Part shown: in pieces, positions 36,721-47,676 of the stretch
Layout of the letters: each line of letters opens with the position of its first letter
Numbering within the stretch: position 1 is the first letter of the stretch
Source of the DNA: Nymphaea colorata
Lineage: Eukaryota
Direction of reading: 5' to 3'
Assembly (NCBI RefSeq): GCF_008831285.2
Contig: NC_045138.2
Span: 29,946,001-30,010,000, forward strand
DNA: 64,000 nt
Notes under the pieces: generated by a model
What the model saw: only the letters and a program-made list of their open reading frames with translations
What the model was told of the DNA's origin: nothing
The model's database searches: none
Position numbers and translations under genes: made by a program

Positions 36721-39218
36721 AGAGAGAGAGAGAGAGAGGTGGGTTTGCAGCATTGTTATCAGAATAGCCAATTAAAATTGAATCAGCAGCAGACCAATTT
36801 AATTCAGTGGCCGACAGACTGTCATAGCTTTCCTTAATTATTTTAAAAACATTTTAAGAAACTTATTAATTATCTTTTTATGTATTTTCCAGTTATTTTC
36901 TTCAAAAAAGTATTTTTTACTTGGTGCAAATTCGCAACCGGTTCAGCTGAACCACTGAATCAACAGCTTTGCCAATTTGATTCACAAACAAATTTTTACA
37001 ACATTGTTATGGTGAGGTTGAGTACGTGCAACACATGCATTGCAGCAAACCATGAATCTTTCACATTTTCTCAGTAATTTAATCATATGATAATGATCAA
37101 CATGCTTAATTTCCTGGAAATTTCCTAGAAATTGGCTTTTTGATAATTTGAAATTTCGTTGCTAAGAGTGTTCCTAGCTTTTAGGACTCATAGAATTCTT
37201 GATTTCATTGGATATAGATAACTCAAGTTTGACAATTTAGAACTCATAGAATTCTTGATTTCATCAGATATGGATAACTCAAGTTTGACCATTAGGTCTT
37301 TAGCCATATCAAGTGCATCATTAGGAATTTATGAAAGTTGCAGTAGGTGCTTCAACTTATGAAATGCAGGTATGAAATTTATGGAACCAAATCATCAAAT
37401 AACTACTAAATTTTAAACAGATGTTCTTTGTACAAGCATAAGTTACATATGAATTGGATGATCGTAGTCTGACTAAAAGGCCCAATGACCTATGATCAAT
37501 ATTACAAAGCATGCAACATATGGAGCTGTTAGCTGCCACCTGCTAACTACCACCCCTTACAAGGTAAATCCCCACAACTGACACACACACACACTGCCCT
37601 AACCCTGTTAGAGCAACCCCCTCACCAGAGAAGAAGACCTCAATTCATCGATAACCCTAATGACCCCCACAATTCCCTTATTTATAGTGATCTTCTGGAT
37701 CAGTCCAATAGACCTGATACAGACCCGATTCCTGATCCGAACCCTAGACTGTAACAGGAGCACACCCATGTTATTGTGTAAGTTTATTCTTTTGTTGACC
37801 TCGACCTTAGACGTGCTGCCTAAATCTAATCAGGCAGACTGGGAGATGATCAACAAAGTGCATCCAAACCGACTAGGGTCTAACCTGTTGAAAGGTCTAT
37901 TGAGGCTTTTTCCTGACTTATAAACTATTTTCTTCCTTGTATTCTGGATATCATGAATGACAGTTCCTCATTAAGAAGAGGTCTGACAAAAATGTCCTCT
38001 GCCTTTTCACAATGGATTAGTTCAATAACCTTGATTTATCTCCTAAATCTTGATTATGTGGCATTGATGATGTCATCAGTCTAACATGTGTAGGTGCTTC
38101 CATAATAAGTTGATGCAACTACTAGATATTGCAAGTTAGTTACTATTAAGCATCTTTATCAACCTTAATTTAGCACAGAAAGAGGGTGAATTTTCAGTTA
38201 CTGGTGATCATGTCAGACACTCACTGAGATGGTGAAAGGAGAGGCTCGGCAAATTGTGTAGCCTTTTTCTCATCTGCTAGCTGTGGCACTTACATGGAAA
38301 CTGTTGATTTAATCAAGGCCCCAGATAGAACTATAGTTTGTACAAGAGCTACATGAACATTTGTCAAGTTAGGTGTTTTACAGAACTCTTTAGCATGAGT
38401 GCTTTCATTTTGTGAGAGTTGTCTGAACTGGGAAACTGAACTATTTTGGTTTCTTCAGAATATTGAACTTATCTTTGTGAAAATGGTAACTGCAATTCCT
38501 TTTTTACCTTTTCTTTCATGGTATTCATCTGAGTAGTACTGTCACTTGATTGGGGATCATCCGATCTTCTAGTTTTGCTAATGGATGGCTAGGGTCTGCA
38601 TCAATGATTTGGGACTGTTTTCTTTAGTTATTCATGGTATAGAGCTCATCATGGTAATAAGTTTCACATTATCATATATTTCCTTTATTCCTGCAGTTCA
38701 GTGGTAAAACAATTGGCATAGTTGGGCTTGGACGAATTGGATTGGCAATTGCCAAGAGAGCTGAAGCATTTGATTGTCCTGTTAGTTATTTTTCAAGATC
38801 CCAAAAGTCAGATGTCAAATATAAATACTATTCAGATGTCGTAGATCTTGCAGCGAACTGTGACATCCTTGTTTTAGCATGTCCCCTGACAGAAGAAACT
38901 TATCATATAGCCAACCAAGTGGTACTTGATGCACTGGGTCCAAAAGGTGTATTAATAAACATTGGACGGGGGCCACTGGTTGATGAGCCTGAGTTAGTTA
39001 AGGCCCTACTCGAGAAACGGGTAGGTGGCGCGGGGCTTGACGTGTTTGAAGATGAGCCCGTGGTGCCCGAGGAACTGTTTGAACTGGATAATGTTGTACT
39101 CTTGCCACATGTGGGCAGTGCCACTGTTGAAACCCGGATAGACATGGCTGATGTAGTGGTAAAGAATTTGGAGGCACATGCATTGGGAAAGCCATTGATA
39201 ACTCCAGTTTGTTTGTGA
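33002..39218 (+). CDS. Hydroxy(phenyl)pyruvate/glyoxylate reductase (HPR2/HPPR-like), isoform 1: exon 1 (33002-33427) + exon 2a (38697-39218), 315 aa
   Basis: Exon 1 MESLGVLMM...[19 protein letters not shown]...KLTTK|GT. Exon 2a [18 protein letters not shown]...NIGRG...LDVFEDEP...LLPHVGSAT...TPVCL*. Phase-0 junction; full-length D-isomer 2-hydroxyacid dehydrogenase. Confidence 0.93.
35044..35258 (+). repeat. ~110-bp diverged direct duplication in the HPR intron
   Basis: CAGTTTT(T)AGGGAA...AACACAACATACAC...CCATA occurs twice. Confidence 0.75.
36654..36738 (+). repeat. (TA)n + (GA)n compound microsatellite
   Basis: About 32 TA units followed by a GA run. Confidence 0.95.
37186..37289 (+). repeat. 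~50-bp direct duplication
   Basis: ACTCATAGAATTCTTGATTTCAT...GATAACTCAAGTTTGAC x2. Confidence 0.85.
37527..37756 (-). mobile_element. 230-bp solo LTR (or TRIM-type LTR) with 5-bp target-site duplication
   Basis: Ends TGTTA...TAACA; flanked by GGAGC at 37522-37526 and 37757-37761; CTATAAATA on the minus strand at ~37680. Confidence 0.8.
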
Positions 39219-39725
39219 AAAGGACAAACCTTTATGTGCTATGAGGTCACTGTGGTCATTGTTTCGAGTTCTCTAGTTAACATTTTATCAATGTTCCAGA
39301 CTTTAAGTAAATAAATCAAGCTAGTATGGCCTTCACTACAATCTGCATAAGATTCTTTTAGATACTTGGACTGCTACATTATTCATATGGACATGTCCTA
39401 TACAAAAAGGAATGATATCCAAGTAGACATAGAAATTATGTAATTGTGTTTGGTTGAACTACATTGTTTTTCCATGTGTCTTGTCCTATTCTTGGACTGT
39501 TCGCTAGCAATCTGGATTTATTTGAAACCTGTTGAGCATGATGACTGTACTTGCAATGGAAAAATGCATATGTAAGCAACAGAAGCTCAGATTGCTTGTT
39601 CAGTTCTTAAACTCTTTTTTGACCTTCATAGTTGATTATGCAGCATCCGGTGCTAATGTGCATTATTGAGACAATATAGACATATGCGTACTGCATGGCT
39701 TATCCGTACTGCATGGCCTTTGCAG

Positions 39726-40244
39726 TTCAGTGGAAAAACAGTTGGCATTGTGGGACTTGGTCGAATTGGGATGGCCATTGCCAAGAGAAGTGAGGCTTTT
39801 GGCTGCACCGTTATTTACCATTCACGATCAGAAAACCCAGGTGCAAACTACAGGTTTTACTCAAATTTAGTAGATCTTGCTGCTGACAGTGACATTCTGG
39901 TACTAGCATGCCCCTTAACTGATGAAACTCATCACATTGTAAACATGACCGTCATAAATGCATTGGGTCCAGATGGAGTTCTTGTGAACATTGGTCGTGG
40001 CTCTCTTGTTGATGAGCCAGAATTAGTCAAGGCGTTATTAGATAAGAGACTTGGTGGCGCTGGACTTGATGTATTTGAATGGGAGCCTGAACCACCTAAA
40101 GAACTGCTTGATCTGGACAATGTCGTGCTGTTGCCACATGTTGGAAGTTCAACTGTGGAAACTGCAAAGGACATGGCCGACTTGGTGGTGAAAAATCTGG
40201 AGGCTTATGCAATGGGAAGGCCTTTGTTGACGCCAGTGCTATAG
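39726..40244 (+). CDS. Second, intact copy of HPR/HPPR exon 2 (exon 2b); probable alternative terminal exon giving a 314-aa isoform
   Basis: TTTGCAG|TTCAGTGGAAAA acceptor in the same phase as exon 2a. Open to TAG, with GLGRIG, SRS, NIGRG, DVFEWEP and LLPHVGS intact. No exon-1 copy in the 507-bp spacer. Confidence 0.85.
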   Translation, partial: FSGKTVGIVGLGRIGMAIAKRSEAFGCTVIYHSRSENPGANYRFYSNLVDLAADSDILVLACPLTDETHHIVNMTVINALGPDGVLVNIGRGSLVDEPELVKALLDKRLGGAGLDVFEWEPEPPKELLDLDNVVLLPHVGSSTVETAKDMADLVVKNLEAYAMGRPLLTPVL

Positions 40245-41217
40245 TAATGAGCAACCGTGAACTTTGGAAGGTATCCGATCGTTTACTTTCTCATAACAAC
40301 AATCTTTTTGTTTGTCCTCAATTTGATATTTCATTGGATGACACGTCATTTCATGAACAAAATTCTGGTTTCTTTTATATTTAGTTGCAAGATCCTTCAA
40401 TTCCTAACAATTTGATATTGGCTTCACCTTGTAATCAATCCTTTTGAGGTTGTTCTTTTTCTTCTTTTTGTCAAAAAGGCGAGTCAAACTCGTAGGCAGA
40501 TGAAAAAGGGTACATCTGTATTACCGTATCTTCTCTACTCCAGTCTAAGCAAGCTTGCCCAAACTCCTCTCCATACATAAATTTGAGAAGTGACTACACT
40601 TGACTCAGACAAGTGGAATTTGCACAATTTTCCTACCAGCACCAACTGAATATTGCCGCAGAGGTCTCTGCTTTCAAGCACTTATATCATTTGGCTATAT
40701 TTTCGTTCACATTTCAACCTGACCCTTTTTATTTCTTTCCTATTTACCGAAATGGTATCTAACAAGCAGGGCACTCTTCTGACTCTTGAGGCCTCCCTGA
40801 TGGTGAAACCAACAAAATTGTTCTGCATTAAGAATGTGAAAAAATCGTCAACAGGAGTTTAATCTGCCTATTTAGCGTTTAAATTATTTTGGTTCTTCAC
40901 AATCAATTAAAATCTCCATGTCAATCTCCTAGACATATAGCCAATTCTAATTCAGCATTAAGCATTAATGCATAACAGGGGTGTAAATGGGTCGGACTCC
41001 TATCAGCTGAATACATTGCAAATCAGATGCTGATGGGCTGATAACGTTTAAAATATACAAAATTTTAGAAATTAATCTTTTTAAAGTTAAATTATTGACC
41101 AACACCTTTTTCTAAGGGGCGATGTAGCCTTGTAGTATTTGACTGTCTGATCTAGCTTTATTTTGTTCATTTTCTGCTTCCTTATATGCTTGCAGTATAA
41201 GAAGTGACTGCACTGGG

Positions 41218-41255
<38 letters not shown>

Positions 41256-44200
41256 AACACCAACCCCCCACCCCCGCCCCCCAAAAGTACAAGATAAAGA
41301 TGGAGAGGTGCAAGTGAATGATACGCAGCTTGCAGATAACTCAAGAACAGGCGAGCAAATAAATGAAGTGCTCCCCACAAGACCCTAATTTGCACCTCTC
41401 CAGAAAGTATAATCCTTTGTTTTTGGCAGCTTGTTCCCTCATCCCATCAATGGATTGGAATCTGGGAACAAGTTTTTGTTGGCTGCTAGCCTCGCAGGAT
41501 TAACATGCACATCTTCTCTATAATTATTTGTATTTCTTCATTTTCCACGTTCTCGACGATTGGCATGGAACATATTCAATTCTAGCACGTAAAGCTTCCG
41601 TCCATGAATCAATGGATGTCCCTTCCAACATGACTCAGAATTGAAGTCATCGACATCCAATTGGGGAAGAATTTTTAATTCATGTACAGACGGCAGCTCA
41701 GAAAAGTTGCTGCCTTTAATGTGCCAACCTTTGTTTTGCCTTAATAAAAGTTTTATGGGCTATCTGTACTCATTTCCTAGGGGCTAGCCAATGAACTCTT
41801 GTATGATAGAGCCCCTTTCTTGTGAATCAGAAAAATAATGCAACCCTGTCTACAAGACCCAAGTACGTGAAATTTTAATGTTCTAAGATGTTTTTCTTGA
41901 CTTTTGTAGTTGATCGGATAACTATCATCGTTTGGGTCATCAGTAGCTAATATATAGAAATGTAAAAAGTTTTGAAACCCGTATACGTATGCTGAACATT
42001 ATCAACCGTGTCCATCAAATTCATTTGTTCAGATTTAATAGCAACAACTTAAGCCTTCTCAAGCAAGAGACTTGAAATATATTGAATAGTAAGTTGCTTG
42101 CATGTTGCCTTGAGCATAAGCTTTTAACGATTCCAATGCTTTTGAAATTCAGCAATTTGAGAAGAGCAAAGAATATCCTTCATGTAAGGTCTACGGTGGG
42201 TATGCCTTTTCTCTCATACGAGTAGATGCTTATACTATTCTCAGGAATCAGATGGCTGCCAGTATGTTATATAAAGTATTAAATACTTAATGAGACAAGA
42301 AATAGGTCAAGTTGTTTGATTATTCCGATAGTTCGTTGTTAAAACTTACTTATATTTCAATTATATATATGTATAACTATGCCATCATTCATCAATTCTT
42401 TCGCCATTACAAAAGAAGAACAAGAAAAGGCACCCAGAGGCTTTACCGCTACTCCCAGAGCGTTAAGATCGGAGTTTTCTTTCATACTTATTAAAGAAAA
42501 TGAAAGAACTCCTTCCAAGTAGTGGATCTGAATCAGAAATTCATATTCTTGGGACCTGCTTTGACCCCTCCCCATTTAACGCTTTCAAAATTAATAAAAT
42601 GGTGGCACCTTTCTCTCTGAATGGCACCTGTATGTGCACGTTGTGATCTTTATCCAGAGGGGGATGCCTTTTCCACGTAGACAAAAGTGTTACATCTACG
42701 TGTCGCTGGAGATAACAATCTTCAACCCTATCTCTTTGTCATTATCTTAGCACTCATCTTTTTCTTTACTTTTAGTATTCGAATCCCATTTTCACCCCGA
42801 ACCTGTCAGTTTTTTACTGCAGCTCATGTTAAGAAAGAAAAATGACTTGGAATTTATTACAAATAATTGGACATAGGGAATTACGTTCAATAATATTTAC
42901 TGGAAAGTTTATTTTTCTTTTCCAGAATTGGTCTGCTTCTCTCGCTTCCTGGAATCTCATAACAGTTTACATGATAATTGATCGGGCACTTGTTATCTGT
43001 CCTGTTCATACTATTTTTATTGCTGGTAATTGTACATGTATTACTGGAAGACATTATAGATCTAAATTATGGTTCTGCCGATCTGGTACTCTCGGCTTTT
43101 TCGCAGTAATGGTGGTTAAGGTGCATCCTTGGTTTACCAGTTATGTGTAGTACACTTATTTTCTGGAGCGGAAGATATCCATCCCCAACGGACAGCTGAA
43201 GCTTCAACTCAACTCGTTGTAGCCATGTGATATAGAGGTTGCTTTTGGTGACTCGGGTTGTCATTCCCGTTGTACTTCAACTTATAAATGTTTTGATTTA
43301 CAAAAAAACTCGATGTCTCCGAAGAGACTAGAAACTACTTGTCTCTGTTACAAAAAGATGTTGTTAGAGAGCCCAAGCAAGAGAATTAGTTTCACTTTGG
43401 ACATGGTAATTGCATCATATCCAAATGTCAAATTTCCTTATGTGTTTGATATATGAGTAAAGCTGATCGAACTGCGTAGAGAATTTAGCTCCAAGTGTTT
43501 GCAAAGAATGGTAGCGGCCATGCTGAGATTTGTTTAGACCAATTTGGGTACCTTTTTCATCGGTTGTGTAGAGATCATATCAAATGTACCCACTGCCAAA
43601 TGTGCTTAACTGGATAGTTCCAAGTTGGAATTCGAATCAGATCCGAATGAAGGAAAAGTCGGACACTATCTGAATCTGATTCCTAAATCTGCAACCAAAT
43701 CTGATCCAAAATCTGCCTTTGACGGTCGTGCCAATGCATCCACATTTTATTCCCCATTTGTTGATAATTGAATTTCCAAAAGTTGAATTCGTTATGGAAT
43801 GGGCATATAATGCTGAAGGTCATATTCGTAATCCTATCTGATTGGCGGTCATTTCGCTAATAAAGTGGCTAGCTCGGGCATCCACTGGCATCCTTACAGT
43901 TGGTCTATATGTTATTCAGAAAAGGTCTAAGTGATTCAGATAGACATAATCTAAATAGATTAAGGAACAGATAAGGACCAAACCTGGTGCAGCCAAAGGA
44001 AAATCCTAAAGCTATATCCTGACCATTTACTTCTCCATCTTCCAACTTTACAAATATGTTTCTTATTACATGTTCGTTAAAAAACATGGTGTCAAACTAT
44101 TAAAAAACACTTCCATTTGATTGCAGGATGAGAAGTATGGCTTTTCTCTTGGTTTGTTTCTTCTGCGACTCTGATAGCATGTATGAAAATGTAAATCTGA

Positions 44201-45675
44201 TTGAGAATGGAATGAGTTGTCGATATCGACATCATCCTGATGTTTTATTACTTAACTTATTTAAATGTAACAGTACACACAGAAAACAATATACGACAGA
44301 TGCAAGGGAAACTACAGTTTCCAAGATATATAAGATCTGCTGAGTGTGATGAGTTCTAGCGTGGCCCCAACTGTGGAGGTTATCAATATCTTCTGCATGC
44401 TAACTGTAGGTTTGTCTTGTATGCCCTGCTATGGTTGATGCACTGCAGATGGAAATGAATGGAATCTCCAGTACATCTGAAAACGCATCTTTAAATATGC
44501 AGATTACTTTTGAACGGCAAATTCAATCAAGAAATCACAAGAACTGTGTGTTTGAGATTTTTCTCAAGACAGTACAATATGACTGGCCCTAAGAATTAAC
44601 CATTATCCACATTTCGATGTAATAAAAAACAACAGCTGTATCTATGATTCTTGACAGAGAACTCGGCAGCTGCACTTGTTTTTGTGTCGCAAAGTCATCA
44701 TAAATTCTCGACAACACTAAGTTCCCAATACCAACGAAAGAATCATACATACAAGTGCATTTGCCTTTTCCGTGCTTTCAGTTTCCTTGGCCACTTTCAT
44801 GCTGGCCTTAGGCAGATTTTACGTAGATTATGCCAAGAAATATAAAAGACATGCCTTAAGAATGCAGGTCATTCACTTTTAGCCTGAAGGTCTCCAATCT
44901 AACCCTTAACTAAGTGAAAGGAACTCTTGGTGGCAGCACAGTTGTTTGCATTAGGACCACCAAGGAAGAGGCTGGGGCCAAGCTTTTAAAGAGTTCACTG
45001 CTAAAGCAAAATATACATATGAGAAATGGAAGCATCAGCAATGTTCCTGTCCACTTTCTCAAGGAATCCATCCACGTTCTGAAATGGTGGCAGAGACGGT
45101 AGGTGGGACAACTACCTCAGCCTTGGGTCACAATGGCATTGATGACAGATGTGACACAGTATCTTATCTTTAAAAGGACAGTAAATGGCTACATGAATGA
45201 AGCAAAAAGGACACAGTGATCGACACGGTGACGCACACCGAAGTCATCCCTGGTGATTTCCCACCTCCCCTCCATGGTTTTCATGAAAATCACTTGGTTT
45301 CCTTGATAGGACAATAGGAGATTCTGTCCCGCCTTCTTACTTCAGACCGTGAAGGGCAAGTTAGCTCGTAATTTGCTGCTTTTCACATCTGAGATCACGC
45401 ATCACTTATTCCTTTGATTGAGTTTGCTGCAAGTTGTGATGCATAATCCTGTCACAGAAATCCCCAGCCAAGATCGTCTTCGAGTGCAATACACCATTTT
45501 TTCATGAAAAGTTTCTGCTTAATTTAGTCTTCAATGCACTCGTATTCAGCTAACCCATGTGATGCTGGTTTGTGACACTTCAATGTTTCATTGCATTTAG
45601 GAAAGTAAATGGATGAATTTCTGGTTCCGATTTCAACCTGACTTCTTATGTACTTAAGTTCCTGAACCCAATTTA

Positions 45676-45709
<34 letters not shown>

Positions 45710-47042
45710 TATGCGTGTTGAGAAGTGAGAATCCTGCCAATTTCTTTAGACCCAAATTATTTGCTTTCCTACTAGTGTTTGTGTATAGTAGAGAGAAAGA
45801 AAGAGAGAGCCTACTTGAGCCAGCTTGATCTCAAGAGTGGATTGAGTCGTTATAGTGGTATCAAGAGAAATCTTCTTTAGGTACAAAGTATAAAATTGCA
45901 TTATGCTTTATATGGCAGGATTCTCACTTCTCAACTCTCTCTCTCATGTGTCCTGAACGGCATAGCACAAACGGGTTAGAGTTGGGGACATAGCAGCCAT
46001 GGAGGAGGTGAGTCCACCATGTGCAAGTTGAAGGGTTCCTACCAGTTATTGACACAGCCCTAGCTCTTACTCACACTGATTTCTCTCTCCCTCTCTCTCT
46101 CTCTCTCTCTTATAGATAAAGTAGCCAACGTGGAACAAACATGACCTCTCTCTCTCTCTGTGCCAGCCACATCCGGCTACAGTAAAAAAGGTTCTTGCCC
46201 AATGTGTGGAACCAACGAACATGTGTTCCATGCGTAGCGTTCCACTACTCGTACCCAGCAACCAAACCGACAATTCTTTATTAAAAAAAGTTGCCTTGCC
46301 TCAGAGGGTGAGTTGGTCCTACACCCTTTTGATCTACACATGGTCGTCCACTCGGCCTCAATAATGTAATTCGTCTCTGCAGTTGATCGTTACATGAACT
46401 GACGTTTTGTCACAGGGCCTTTCTCCGAATACCTACCTGCGGCTGTATTTGAATCCAGTCCGCCGGAACTTTGCATGAAACCTGCTAAATCAATCCCTGA
46501 TTCACTAAATTCCGGCTGCCTGTCGGGCGATAATTGGGCAATGCTTGAGAAAAAGGTATATGGCCTGAGTTGCAGATATGATGATACATGGTTAGTAACA
46601 CAGATCGAAAAGAATACACAGCATGGGGAAGGTTTGGTCTTGACAATTGGCATCACAGTCTGTTTGGCCACGAACGAGGAAGGTAGTCAGTGAAGAATCT
46701 GTGCATGTATTTCTGCTTAATCTCTCATCCATGGCTTGGAAACCAAATTCTTTCTGAACAGAAACCTTGAGGAACAACACCCAAATGACTGATCATAGCT
46801 CCCCCTAAGTCAGGATATGGTAGAAACAGCACAATGTGCCAATCATCTCGCAGCAAAGTGCACACATCAACTCTTATTACAAAAGTGCACACAGGGTACA
46901 GACTACAGACCGGAGGGGGGGAGAGAGAGAGAGGGGGCAAAATTTACAGAGAGATCAGATTGTACAAAGTTCACAAGATACCCCAACACAGGGGACACCA
47001 TTTTGCTCCTTCCGGGACATGGATTTTAACTTTTGCAATAAG

Positions 47043-47443
47043 TCACTTAGGAGCTCCTTTGAAAACCAAGAAGTTCAGCGTCTCCACGCAGAAGTAAATA
47101 AAAGTGCCCTCCGAATGAGTGAAGAAGCAACCGAAGTTGTATCCCACAACACACTGCCATCCACACCCATAGATTGCATCGAATTCCTGCAATCCCCACA
47201 AAGAGAGGTTGAAGGACAGATAATGAATAATAAAAATAACCAAAATCTTAGCCCTTTGAGAAGCTTTATAGAGAAGAAAAGAATAAACAGAAGGAAAAGA
47301 CTTGCCCTTTTTATGTGGGCAGCGATGTTTTTACAGTCCAAGACGTCATATAGATCAAGAGCACGAGATGCAGAGGTCATGGCGTGAACCTGCATCTTCG
47401 CTGGCATGTCCGTATCTTGGACCAAAGCCTTCCCTTCCAACAT
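47043..47443 (-). CDS. Dynein light chain, LC8 type (93 aa)
   Basis: Exons 47443-47306 (MLEGKALVQDTDMPAKMQ...DCKNIAAHIKR) and 47186-47043 (EFDAIYGCGWQCVVGYNFGCFFTHSEGTFIYFCVETLNFLVFKGAPK*). The WxCVVG-xFG LC8 signature is present; the intron is GC-AG. Confidence 0.92.
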
Positions 47444-47667
47444 TTTGGTACAGCTTAGCCAGGCAGAAAGGAAGAAGACGATCACGGATTTTGTTCTTCC
47501 CTTTCCTACCTCGGATCCGATTGAGGAAAAGTTGAGTTCTTTCGTGGGGTCTTCTTCCTCTTAAGGAAAGCAGGCCTCAGAAGTTCGCTGGTCTTATGGG
47601 GAAGGAGATAGAATTTACATGGTATCTCAGAGCTTAGGATATTGAAGTAAGCTCTTAACCTTTCTGC

Positions 47668-47676
47668 TATTTATAG
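47668..47676 (-). promoter_or_regulatory. Candidate TATA box of the dynein light chain gene
   Basis: CTATAAATA on the minus strand, ~225 bp upstream of the ATG and preceded by a (GA)n tract. Confidence 0.6.

Noticed and set aside
39207..39218. Peroxisomal PTS1 at the end of exon 2a (VCL)
   Set aside because: VCL is not a canonical SKL-type tripeptide and there are no basic residues immediately upstream.
39666..39725. Exon 2b as a stand-alone 192-aa gene
   Set aside because: Similarity begins exactly at the CAG acceptor (39726); the ORF starts at a TTG and would lack the N-terminal substrate-binding half.
41500..46700. Hidden small-peptide gene (CLE/RGF/CEP) between HPR and the dynein light chain
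   Set aside because: The short ORFs inspected lack a signal peptide plus the family C-terminal motifs, and no consistent exon chain was found.
46836..47387. 183-aa plus-strand ORF
   Set aside because: Antisense shadow of the dynein light chain gene with no recognisable motif.
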